This document shows, one piece after another, positions 9,787-20,845 of a DNA stretch of 30,102 nt. How positions within the stretch are numbered: the first letter of the stretch is position 1; every line of letters starts with the position of its first letter. The notes beneath the pieces were generated by a model. It saw only the letters and a list, made by a program, of their open reading frames with translations, was not told the DNA's origin and did no database searches. Location: positions 1-30,102 of the forward strand of contig NW_021832640.1 in assembly GCF_006345805.1 (NCBI RefSeq), read 5' to 3'. Position numbers and translations under genes: made by a program. The DNA is from Octopus sinensis (lineage: Eukaryota).

Positions 9787-9964
9787 CCAGAGGCGTGGTG
9801 TGATTGATTATTGACAATAACCAATACGCTTGGTGTTCAAGTGATGACAGGATGTGTTGGGGGTTCAGCTGAAGTGGAATGGCCAAAGTTTACAGTACTT
9901 CACTTGTTTCTGTATTAGCAACAGCATGAACATCACAGCATCACATCACACCTCTGTACTGGAA

Positions 9965-10500
9965 CGATGAGAGAGAAGAAGAAGAGGAGAATGAGACAGA
10001 GGGGGTATGGGGAAGAGAAAGACGAGGAAGGGGAAATGAGGAGGAGGAGACGGATGATGAAGAGGAAGATGGAAGGTGGAGGAGAATGGTCATGTCATTG
10101 AGAATAATAAAATCAATGACAGTAAGGGAGAAGAGGACAATGATAAAGATGACATCGATGATGATGATGGTGATGATGATGATGATGATGATGGTGGTGT
10201 GATGATGATGATGATGAGAGGTGATGATGAGATGAGATGGTGATGAGATGGTGATGATGATATTATGATGATGGTGGTGAGATGATGATGATATGATGAT
10301 GGTGATGAATGGTGATATGATGATGATGATGATGGGATGATTATGGTGATTATGATATGATGATGATGATATTGTGAGATGATGATGATGATGGTGTGAT
10401 GGTGATGATGATGATGATGATGATGATGTGATGATGATGATGATGATGGTGATGATGATGGTGATGATGATGATGATGATGATGGTGGTGATGGTGACAA
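9965..10500. repeat. Purine-rich tract followed by degenerate (GAT/GGT)n trinucleotide repeat
   Basis: Direct reading; source of the 315-aa poly-I/H/S ORF. Confidence 0.95.
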
Positions 10501-10714
10501 CTGTCAGGGTGATTTCTTCCTTGAAACCAAATAAAGAAAAAGAAGGGGAAAAAACGGTCAGAGACTTTAAAGAATTAATATTCATAGACAGTGTTGCTGG
10601 CTGCTGGAGGGGCTGTCCCCTTGGACACCATGCACTCCAGTTTGGAAGAAGCTTCCAGGCAATTATTTTACCAATATAATAAGGTGTGTGTGTGTGTGTG
10701 TAAGAGGGAGAAAG

Positions 10715-10740
10715 TGAGAGACAGAGACAGACAGACAGAC

Positions 10741-10772
<32 letters not shown>

Positions 10773-11091
10773 TGAGAGACAGACAGACAGACAGAGAGAT
10801 AGACAGAGAGACATAGATAGATAGATAAATAGATAGACAGACTCAGAGACAGACAGATAGATAGATAGATAGACAGACTGAGAGACACACACAGACAGAC
10901 AGACAGACAGACGATAAATAGATAGACAGACTCAGAGACAGACAGATAGATAGATAGACAGACAGACTGAGAGACAGACAGACAGACAGAGAGATAGACA
11001 GACAGACAGATAGATAGACAGACAGACTCAGAGACAGACAGACAGATAGACAGATAGATAGATAGACAGACAGACTCAGAGACAGACAGGC

Positions 11092-11123
<32 letters not shown>

Positions 11124-11150
11124 GGGTAGATAGATGGGTAGATGGGTAGA
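10715..11150. repeat. (GACA/GATA)n tetranucleotide satellite with recurring ACTGAG/ACTCAG markers
   Basis: Direct reading. Confidence 0.95.
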
Positions 11151-11934
11151 TAGAGAGGTGAGGAAAGAGGTTTAAACCACTTTCCCCATCTTCTATGTAA
11201 CCGGCACCACCAGCCTCACCACCCACCCACCCATCTACCCTTGCATTCACTTGTTTAACATCCCCGTATACAATTTATCAACTTGAAAAATCTATTTATT
11301 ATTCGGTCCCCAGATGGTTAGGGGTTAGCATTACTGATTATGACTTTTTCCACATCACATATCCTTCTTTTCCCCCCGCCACCCCCACCATCATCCTTGC
11401 CAGTGAAAAACCATCAGTACAGATTATTCCCACCCCACCCCACCCCAACGACTAATCTTCTCTAATCTGTTATTGCAATCTCTCCAGGTACCCAGCATCT
11501 TATCACCTTTTTCAGTCTCACTCCCTCTCTCTCTCTCTCTTTCCTCTTTTCAATCTCCCTCCCCCCGGATCCCCCCCCTCTCTCCTTTCACTTCATTTCT
11601 ACACAACTGATTCAATTAGCTGTGTTTAATGAGAGATAAGACAATCCCCCCCCGCAAAAAAATGTCAGTAAGGTTCCTGCGCAATGAGAACAAATGAGAA
11701 TATCGTAGCTACACAAATCACACCTCACACCTCGCACACATCCAACACACCCAACGCATCTTCAACGCAGTGTTGTTTCTCTTTACCCGACATATCGATG
11801 TCTTTCAATCTGTCGTACAAACATTCTGCTTTCTCTAATTCCTATCTCTTATATCAACGAACGCTCACAATAAGAAACCGGTCTCCCGTACCTCATTGGA
11901 GTCAGGCTACACACACACACACACAACATATGCA

Positions 11935-11969
11935 TATACACATGCACATATATATGTACATATATACAT

Positions 11970-12020
<51 letters not shown>

Positions 12021-12059
12021 ATATATATATACCTATATATATATATATATAATATATAT

Positions 12060-12111
<52 letters not shown>

Positions 12112-12171
12112 TATATAGACAGACACACACAAATATAGCTACATACACATAATATCAACAAATATATGTAG

Positions 12172-12204
<33 letters not shown>

Positions 12205-12228
12205 ATATATAATAATAATAATAATAAT
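11935..12228. repeat. (TA)n and (AAT)n microsatellites
   Basis: Direct reading. Confidence 0.9.
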
Positions 12229-12782
12229 ATGACAACAAAAGAATGAATGAGACCTCGATATTATGTAAAATAGAGGAATTTATCTATAAATGTAATAGAT
12301 ACTTTGCTCAGATCTTTAAACTGAGGAGAAGCATTAAACGTTTATATATATAGAGATACCAGAGCAGACTCCAGCCCTGGCATCTGAAACTTTGAGTTTT
12401 ATTATGACAACCAACTAATTGTTACCTATTATATTTATATATATATATAATATATATATATATATATACACACACACATTAATCTTCCCCTACAAATGCT
12501 GTGAATCTCATAACTGGTACCACTGCCGAGTCGAATGATGGTTGACTGACCACTATCCAGGGACCTGACTGGACAGCAACGATCTATGTGGAGCTCTAAC
12601 TCATACTGTTCTGGCCATAGATATAACTGGACACACAAGATATACAAACATACATCTCTCTATCGACCAGACAGTCAGATGCCGTCACACACTACTAGCC
12701 ACAATGCACTTCTTTGCACTTTTGAAGCCTATGAATGATACTACCTCATTGGTTAGGCAGGCCATTATATATATATATGTAT

Positions 12783-13018
12783 AAAGGCGGTGAGCTGGCA
12801 GAAACATTAGCACGCCGGGCGAAATGCGTGGCCGTATTTCATCTGCCGTTACATTCTGAGTTCAAATTCCGCCGAGGTCGACTTTGCCTTTCATCCTTTC
12901 GGGGTCGATAAATTAAGTACCAGTTACGCACTGGGGTCGATGTAATCGACTTAATCCCTTTGTCTGTCCTTGATTGTCCTCTCTGTGTTTAGCCCCTAGT
13001 GGGTAGTAAAGAAATAAA
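12783..13018 (+). mobile_element. Young full-length SINE family A (different 3' tail)
   Basis: AAGGCGGTGAGCTGGCAGAAACATTAGCACGCCGGGCGAAATGC...GAGTTCAAATTCCGCCGAGGTCGACTTTGCCTTTCATCCTTTCGGGGTCGATAAATTAAGTACCAG; CpGs retained. Confidence 0.92.
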
Positions 13019-13148
13019 TTATATATATATGTATTATATATACATGCATACAGATATGCATGTATGCACACAGCATATATATTAACACTGACAAGGATAT
13101 AAATAGAGATGCACGTGCATAGAGGAATGTAATGTCTATTCATTGCAG

Positions 13149-13175
13149 AGCATCAATTCCAGAGAAAAGTTGGAC
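13149..13175 (+). other. Candidate 27-nt microexon
   Basis: tctattcattgcag|AGCATCAATTCCAGAGAAAAGTTGGAC|gtgagt; length is a multiple of 3 and all three frames are open. Splice signals only. Confidence 0.3.
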
Positions 13176-13387
13176 GTGAGTTAGAAAGCTGACAAGGCAT
13201 GTCAAGGAATGTGAAATCTATCCAAGAGGAATGGTTATAGAGGAACAAACATGGGAATTGATGAGTTATGTCGGATGAAACAAATGTTCCTTTTGTTTAG
13301 GCTGGAGAATTTTGAGAGAAGAAAACCAAAGAATGGCGTGTCGGGAAGCAGAGAATTGAATTTGACAAATAAAATGAGACAGGATCT

Positions 13388-13591
13388 CGTTTCTATCATT
13401 TTGACTGTGGTCATGCTGGAGCACTGCTTTTAGTCGAACAAATTGACCCCGGGACATAGTCTTGGAAAGCCTAGTACTTATTCTATTGCTCTCGTTTGCC
13501 GAACTGCTAAGTTACAGGGACGTAAACACACCAACACCAGCTGCTAAGTGATGGTGGGGGCACAAACACAGACACACACACAGATATATAT

Positions 13592-13639
<48 letters not shown>

Positions 13640-13836
13640 ATATATATATATATATATATAGATATAATATATATATATACAATTGGCTTCTTTCAGTTTC
13701 TGTCTACCAAATCCATTTTCAAGGCTTGGTCGGCCCCAGGCTATAGTAGAAGACACTTGCCCAAGGTGCCATGCAGTGGGACTGAACCCAGAACCATGTG
13801 GTTGAGAAGCAAGCTACTTACCACACAGCCATACCT
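13388..13836 (-). mobile_element. Full-length SINE family B with internal (TA)n
   Basis: Tail at 13388-13580 and head at 13682-13836 match the other B copies. Confidence 0.92.
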
Positions 13837-13850
13837 ATATACATATATGT

Positions 13851-14048
13851 ATCATCATCATCATCATCATCCTCGTTTAAGGTCCATTTTTCATGCTGGC
13901 ATGGGTTGGACAGTTTGACTGAGGTCTTGAGTGCCAGGAGGCTGCACCAGGCTCCAATCTGATCTGGCAATGTCTCTACAGCTGGATGCCCTTCCTAATG
14001 CCAACCACTCCGAGAGTGTACTGAGTGCTTTTTATGTGCCACTGGCAC
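13851..14048 (-). mobile_element. Family C repeat (SINE/LINE-like 3' part, (GAT)n tail)
   Basis: Reverse complement of the 22369-22607 copy (GGATGCCCTTCCTAATGCCAACCACTCC...). Confidence 0.85.
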
Positions 14049-14118
14049 ATATACACACATCTACATACATACATACATATATATACACACACACACATAC
14101 ACATATATATATCCAATT

Positions 14119-14400
14119 ACAAGGCTTTGATTGGCTTGAGGCTATAGTAGAAGATACTTGCCCAAGGTGCCTCCAATATTTTTTTATCTTTTGCATCTTT
14201 TACTTGTTTCAGTCATTTGATTGTGGTCATGCTGGAGCAGTGCTTTGAAGTGTTTAACCAAAGAGATCAACCCTAGGACTTACTTTTTTTATAAAAAAAT
14301 TTCTGAAAAATTTTGTTGAACCAGTAAGTAATGGGGACATAAACAAACCAACACCAGTTGTCAAATGGAGGAATGGAACAAACTAGAAAACACACACACA
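14119..14400 (-). mobile_element. Two SINE family B fragments (partial head 14119-14171; tail 14186-14400)
   Basis: GCTATAGTAGAAGATACTTGCCCAAGGTGCC and TTTTACTTGTTTCAGTCATTTGATTGTGGTCATGCTGGAGCA match family B. Confidence 0.8.
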
Positions 14401-14560
14401 TATATTACATATAAATGAAGGCAATACAAATGGGAACCACCACAGGCTGTGAGTAACTTCAGAGTCAGAAGTGAATATTGAAACGCTGGCATCAGAATCG
14501 GTAAGCAACAGTGTACCAACACCACCAACTCTAAGTAAACGAAACTTAGCATATAAATCT

Positions 14561-15245
14561 CCCTTTAGCATCCAGATTATTCTGTCAAATCTAATCCTTA
14601 TTTATTCCCACTTGTTTTCAATTAATCATGGATTATCTCATATCTTTGGAGTTTCAATGCTGTGAATTGTGTTATTTTTAGGATGACATTGTAGTATAAG
14701 TGTGAGAGGTCAGATATGGCCAGTTTGAACATAAAATGTGTAGAATATCTGGGCTGGATAATGGCCTTTCAGCATTCAGATTCCTCTGTCAAATATTAAT
14801 GCTTATTTCTTTACATTGTTTTGAATTAATCATGGATTATTTCATAGATTTGCGATTTTGGTGATGTAAGTGTTTTATTTTTAGAATGACATTGTAGGAT
14901 AGTGTGAGAGACCAGATCTGGCTGGTTTGAAGGTAAAATGAGTAGAATATTTAGGCAGGATATACTCTTTACTCTTTTACTCTTTTACTTGTTTCAGTCA
15001 TTTGACTGCGGTCATGCTGGAGCACCGCCTTTAATCGAGCAACTCGACCCCGGGACTTATTCTTTTGTAAGTCCAGTACTTATTCTATCGGTCTCTTTTG
15101 CCGAACCGCTAAGTAACGGGGACATAAACAAACCAGTATCGGTTGTCAAGCAATGCTAGGGAACAAACACAGACACACAAACACGCATATATATATATAT
15201 ATATATACATATATACAACGATCTGTTTAAATGCTAAACGGTTAA
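14561..15245 (+). mobile_element. Two tandem copies of a TTAA/CCC-ended (piggyBac-type) MITE family 1; second copy interrupted by a SINE
   Basis: Copies at 14561-14765 and 14765-14964 are clearly homologous. The left end CCCTTTAGCAT is complementary to the displaced right end GTTTAAATGCTAAACGGTTAA at 15225-15245. Confidence 0.75.
14965..15218 (-). mobile_element. Young SINE family B tail
   Basis: CTCTTTTACTTGTTTCAGTCATTTGACTGCGGTCATGCTGGAGCACCGCC...GCCGAACCGCTAAGTAACGGGGAC; CpGs retained. Confidence 0.9.
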
Positions 15246-15367
15246 ACTTCCAGCTGCACAGATATTAAATTTGAGACAGTTTATGGTGCTGAAACCAATC
15301 AAATTGGTCAATATGGAGAGGTGGTGGTGGTGGTGTCGATTAGTCCTGGATATCAGAGTGATGGTGT

Positions 15368-15585
15368 CGATACCAACCCAGCTGAAACCACTTCTGGCTC
15401 TGTAGTACAAATGTTTTGTTTTCAAAAGTTCTGAATTAAAAAATCCTCCACCAAACCTTAGTCACAATTTATGTTGCTAACACTAGCTTAATGACAACTA
15501 AGTTATTTTACTAAATTCTTTGTTATATTTAAAAGGAATTGAAACACAGAGCATCTCAGCAAAAACATGGCAACAAAAGGGTTAA
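15368..15585 (+). mobile_element. TTAA/GGG-ended MITE family 2, left tip missing
   Basis: Ends AAAAGGGTTAA; internal TTTTACTAAATTCTTTGTTA shared with 22102-22330. Confidence 0.7.
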
Positions 15586-16132
15586 ATGACTTCTACAAAA
15601 GAAAAGGAACTGGTAGAATCTGACTGTGTTCTAACAAGATGTCAATTTTAGACTTGCACTTTTGATCTAATCTTTATTATCCAGATACAATATTTCTTTA
15701 ATAAATTTTGTTGAGAAGATATTTTTAATATCTTAAAATATAATTTTTTTTTTATTTAATAGAAAACCATCCATGTTACATTCGCATCAATTTTATATTC
15801 CATTAAGTCTTCAACATCAGAAGCAAAAGGTTATTTATCCAATAAAGATTATTTCTTCCACAATGGCCATTTCTTAAGTTACTTTAGGTGTTCAATCTTT
15901 CAGTTTTAACTTTGATGTATTTGGAATTTTCGAAATGGTAAAACAAAGACGTTCCTGATTTTCTCTTAGAATATTTTTATATTTTCTTTCTTTCATATTT
16001 TTTTTTTACTTTATAACCTTTTGATAAAAACAGTTTCTTCTTTTTAAATTTTTAAGTTTTCTCTCAATTGCTTTTAACTTCTTTCATAAATAATGCAAAA
16101 AAAAAAGCTACAACAAAAAAGTTAATGCTTCA

Positions 16133-16441
16133 AACCATTTAGCATTTAAACTGGCCACATCCAGCCATATCTGGCCACGTCTAGCCATATCTGGCCACAT
16201 CCAGCCATATCTGGCCACATCTAGCCATATCTGGCCACATCCAACCATATCTGGCCACATCTAGCCAAAAGAGTCTACCTGTTTTATGTTTAAGCCAGTC
16301 AAACAGAGCCTCTTGCACCTACCCTACAATGTCCCTCTAGAAATAAACAATCATATCACTGAAATCTCATGGCTGTGTGATAATCCATGGTTAAGACGAA
16401 ACGAATGAATGAATAAGGATTATATTTAAGAAAATAATCTG
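16133..16441 (-). mobile_element. MITE family 1 copy carrying a 20-bp internal tandem expansion (16151-16266)
   Basis: AACCATTTAGCATTTAAAC is the reverse complement of 15225-15243; the body matches the reverse of 14561-14765. Confidence 0.8.
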
Positions 16442-16451
16442 GTGATGTCAC

Positions 16452-16631
16452 TGATGCTGGTGTCACACAAAGAGCACCCAGTCCCCTTTGTGAAGTGGTT
16501 GGCATGTTAGGAAGGGCATCCGGCTGCAGAAACCATGCTAAAGCTGGCAGAGGGCAATCCGCTGGTTCACTAGCCCTTGGTCAAACTGTCCAACACATGC
16601 CAGCATGGAAAACAGACGCTAAATGATGATG
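16452..16631 (+). mobile_element. Family C repeat
   Basis: GTGGTTGGCATGTTAGGAAGGGCATCCGGCTGCAGAAAC...CATGCCAGCATGGAAAACAGACGCTAAATGATGATG. Confidence 0.85.
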
Positions 16632-16639
16632 TGTGTTTG

Positions 16640-17262
16640 TGTATGAATACACACATACAGACAGATATACATATGCATACACACACACGCACACACACAC
16701 ACCGCCTGTGTGTATAAAAATGTGAGAATATATGCATACATGTGTACACACACATGCACATACACACACATACAACACACATGCACATACACACATATGC
16801 ACATACACACACATGCACACACACACACATGACACACACATACACATACACACACATGCACATACACACACATGCACACACACATACACACACATACACA
16901 TACACACACATGCACACACATATGCACATACACACACATGCACATACACACACATACACACACATACACATACACACACATGCACATACACACACATGCA
17001 CATACACACACATGCACACACACACATACACATACACACACATACACACACACATACACATACACACACATACACACACATACACATACACACACATACA
17101 CACACACATGCACATACACACACATGCACATACACACACATGCACATACACACACATGCACACACACATACACATACACACACACATACACATACACACA
17201 CATACACACACACATACACATACACACACATACACACACACATGCACATACACACACATACA
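16640..17262. repeat. Compound CA-rich minisatellite (CACACACATGCACATA / CACACACATACACATA variants)
   Basis: Direct reading; source of the 140-317 aa HT/CV ORFs. Confidence 0.97.
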
Positions 17263-17302
17263 CGGTTTCTTTTCTCCCCGTTTTCCCTCCTTGCTTCCAC
17301 AG

Positions 17303-17365
17303 GTGAAGCATTGCGCTACGTGAAGTGATCTTTAATGCTGTCTTTGTTATCCACTCAACAATGAA
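17303..17365 (+). other. Candidate 63-nt exon (5'UTR with possible ATG at 17361)
   Basis: Very strong acceptor: about 35 nt of near-pure pyrimidine then CCACAG|G. Stops occur in all three frames before acaATGAA|gtaggg; the donor is only moderate. Confidence 0.4.
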
Positions 17366-17370
17366 GTAGG

Positions 17371-17472
17371 GAGAGAGAGAGAGAAACAGAGAGAGAGAGA
17401 GAGGGAGAGAAGAGAGCGGAGAGAGACGAGAGAGGAGGGAGAGAGAGAGAGAGAGGAGAGAGGGAGAGAAAC

Positions 17473-17505
<33 letters not shown>

Positions 17506-17508
17506 AAC

Positions 17509-17541
<33 letters not shown>

Positions 17542-17560
17542 AACAGAGAGAGAGAGAGAG
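17371..17560. repeat. (GA)n microsatellite with GAGGGAGAGAAACA markers
   Basis: Direct reading. Confidence 0.95.
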
Positions 17561-17684
17561 ACTGTTACACATATTTCATGTCAGTTAGGCAACAAGAGTT
17601 ATAAACCTTGCTCAAGAGTACATCTTCACCACATTAGTTACAACCAATGAATTCATAGCCATGTGCTCACTACTCCACCACTTA

Positions 17685-18375
17685 CACACACACACACACA
17701 CACACGCACACACACAACAAAACACTATGTATGTGTGTGTGATATATACACAGATACATACACACATATACAATAAAAACTGTGTATGTGCATGTCAGAT
17801 ATATACATACACAGACACACACACACGTATATATATACAACAAAATTACTGTATATGTGTGTGTGTGTGATACATATAATATACAACAGAACACTATATA
17901 TGTGTGATATGCACATATATATGTGCAAAAACACTGCATATATGTGTGATCCCTTTCTCTCTCTCTTTCACTTTCTATCTATCTATTTATGTACATACAT
18001 ATATATATATACATACATATATATATATATATATACATTTATATACATACATATATACATACATACATTTATATACATACATATATACATACATACATAT
18101 ATACATACATACATATATATATATATACATACATATATATATATACAATACATATAATTATATACATACATATATATATAATATACATATATATATATAC
18201 ATCATATAATATATATACATACATATATATATAATATATTATATATATATATTATATATAATAAACATTTTATACATTATACACACACATGCATACATAC
18301 ATTATATACATACATACACAACAAAGCATTGTGTGTGTGTGTATGTGTGCGTGTCTGTATGTGTGTGTGAGTATG
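17685..18375. repeat. Compound (CA)/(TA)/(TACA) microsatellites
   Basis: Direct reading. Confidence 0.9.
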
Positions 18376-18379
18376 TGCA

Positions 18380-19007
18380 TAACTCCTTTGCCCGCAAACT
18401 TCCCCTACCCCAACCCGTCTGTAGCAGCATTATTAAAAGGGTCTGGGAAGTGTTGTGCAAACCTTATTGGGAGAAGTGGAAACTGAAAAGAAGCCCACTG
18501 AACCCAAATGGTACGGCCTTGTTCCACACATCCTATGTCTGGCTGGTTTTGGTGGAGAAATATGTGAACGGTGCATTCCTCTGTGGAATACTCAGTCACA
18601 AACATGTAGGAAATTCATTTGGTTAAACATCTGATTCCTGGCTGTTGGAATGGCCAGAGAGGAGAACCTCCCATAGCTGTGTGTTGAGAGGAATTCTTTG
18701 GGGCTGAAATATTTCATTTCTGGAAACATGGGCACTCCATTCATAATCCTTAAACAACCCTTACTCAGGGACCTTTTGAGCAGGATGGGCTACTCAACCT
18801 GAAGAACATCCTGACTGGGCCCCCACCTGCAAGGTTATGTGCTGTTTATCTTGACACGAGCCCACCATGTCATGCACAGATAATTGTGAGGCATGTACCT
18901 GATGTACCCTTATCAGACAGGTAGTCATGATGGGTATACTGGGCTTCATATATTTTACCTCACAGTCACTTTGATGGCATGCACTGTTCTCTCACTCAAT
19001 AATAATA

Positions 19008-19010
<3 letters not shown>
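18380..19010 (+). mobile_element. Probable 3' portion of a non-LTR retrotransposon ending in an (AAT)n tail
   Basis: Complex sequence abutting CTCTCACTC-AATAATAAT. It resembles a repeat I recall from octopus DNA; no diagnostic protein motif was recovered. Confidence 0.45.
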
Positions 19011-19148
<138 letters not shown>

Positions 19149-19367
19149 TCCTTTCTTATTTTGGCACAAGGCCAGTAATTTTGTGGAGAGGGGTTAAATC
19201 AAGTATGTCGACCACAGTACTCAAATGGTACTTAATTTAATGACCCTTAAAAAGATAAAAGGCAAAGTCGACCTGGGAGGAATTTGAACTCAGAACCTCA
19301 GGACAGACAACAAAATACTGCTAAACATTTTACCCAACACAGTAATGATTCGGCCAGCTCACCACCC

Positions 19368-19404
<37 letters not shown>

Positions 19405-19897
19405 TATAATGATTATAATAATAATAATGATCATAATAATCTCTTCTACTCTAGGCACAAGGCCCGAAATTTGGGGGAGGAAGACAGTCGATTATATTGA
19501 CCCCAGTATGCAATGGGTACTTAATTTATTGACCCTGAAAGGACGAAAAGCAAAGTCAACCTTGGAGAAATTTGAACTCAGAACATAGTGACAGACAAAA
19601 TACTGCTAAGCATTTGGTCAAACATCTGATTCCTGTCTGCTACCAATTCTGCCAGCTTGCTGCCTTAATAATAATAATCCTTGCTACTATAGGCACAAGG
19701 CTTCAATTTTTGTGGGGAAGGGGACAATCAATCACATTGATCCCCAGTGTTTTACTGGTACTTAATGTATCGACCCTGAAAGGATGAAAGGCAAAGTCGA
19801 CCTCAGCAGAATTTGAACTCAGAACATAAAAGACAGGTGAAATACCACTAAGCATTTTGTCCGGCATGCTAACGTCTCTGCCAGCTCGTTGCCTTAT
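19149..19897 (-). mobile_element. Three head-to-tail SINE family A copies (19149-19369, 19441-19667, 19678-19897) separated by (AAT)n
   Basis: Each contains the reverse complements of the core (AAAGGCAAAGTCGACC), B box (AATTTGAACTCAGAAC) and head (GCCAGCTCGCCRCCTT-like). Confidence 0.92.
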
Positions 19898-20254
19898 TAT
19901 TAATAATAATGATTATAATAACGATTCTAATGAGTTGATTGTATAGAGATGTAGAGATGCACCCATTTCTCTCTAATGATGCAATTGTTTCGAGCACGCT
20001 GTCTGTCCTGTCCACCAGCCAACCAAACCGTTCTAGGAAACAGTCCAAAATTAATCTTGTTGTTGTTCTTCTTCTTTTTTGTCTTATTATTATTATCATT
20101 ATTATTATTATTGCTGCTACTTAATTATCGAGAGCTTTATAATTGCCTTAATGATCTGTGGTTAGTGCTTCTTCACCAGTTTGCAATTTGTAGCATTGGA
20201 AATGTAGGCCATCTTAGCTGCATATTTTATGTCTTGGCTAACAGTCACTTTGAT

Positions 20255-20525
20255 GGTGGTGGTGGTGGTTAGTCCAGTATATTAATGATGGTGTTGGTGA
20301 TGATGGTGGGGTGGGATTGGTCAATATGGAGAGGTGGTGGTGGTGGTGGTGGTGGTGTCGATTAGTCCTGGATATCAGAGTGATGGTGTTGATAGCAGTG
20401 AAAGTGGTGACGGTGGTATTGGTTGATGTGGTGGTAGAAGCAATGGTGTGGGTGGTGGTATTGGTCCATATGGTGGTGGTGGTGGTGGTGGTAGTAATAA
20501 TGCCATTGATTATGATTGCTGAGGG
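20255..20525. repeat. Degenerate (GGT/GAT)n low-complexity tract
   Basis: Direct reading. Confidence 0.85.
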
Positions 20526-20570
20526 TGTTGTTCGATGTGCCTGCGTGTGTGTGTGTGTGTGTGATGTTCT

Positions 20571-20722
20571 TGTTGTTTTAACCCTGGTTAGCCCTGATCA
20601 AACAGATCTATGATCAACAGCATTCCAGCCATGACCAACCCATCATTTTAGATTCCAGCCATGACCATCTCACCCTACTGTCTTAAAAATCAATCACACA
20701 TTGTTGAATGTAGTCCTACATC
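20571..20722 (-). mobile_element. SINE family D 3' tail
   Basis: Reverse complement GATGGGTTGGTCATGGCTGGAATGCTGTTGATCATAG...AAAACAACAA resembles 21350-21426. Confidence 0.55.
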
Positions 20723-20845
20723 CACTGACAGATGAGGTGGTCATAACTGGCATGTCACTGGTTAGGGGCCTGCTCATTTCAGTGGCAATCTTCAACCCAG
20801 TTTATCTGTGCATCATAATAACTGCTTCTCTCTCTCTCTCTCTCT

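Noticed and set aside
9941-10888. 315-aa minus ORF and overlapping poly-M/H/I/S ORFs
   Set aside because: They are translations of (GAT)n and (GAYA)n microsatellites, which lack stops in some frames; no domain content.
12315-12348. CTGAGGA...AAACGT as a hammerhead ribozyme
   Set aside because: The essential G of GAAA is T in both copies (12335 and the mirror at 8241), and stem I pairs poorly.
12480-12765. Complex sequence suspected to be a LINE 5' fragment
   Set aside because: No second copy in the window and no diagnostic protein motif.
14463-14500. Exon candidate ending ATCG|GTAAGC
   Set aside because: Good donor, but no polypyrimidine tract at any upstream AG.
16570-17572. 144-317 aa HT/CV-repeat ORFs
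   Set aside because: Translations of CA/GA repeats; the same applies to most other ORFs in the track (YI, CV, HT, LSIY repeats).
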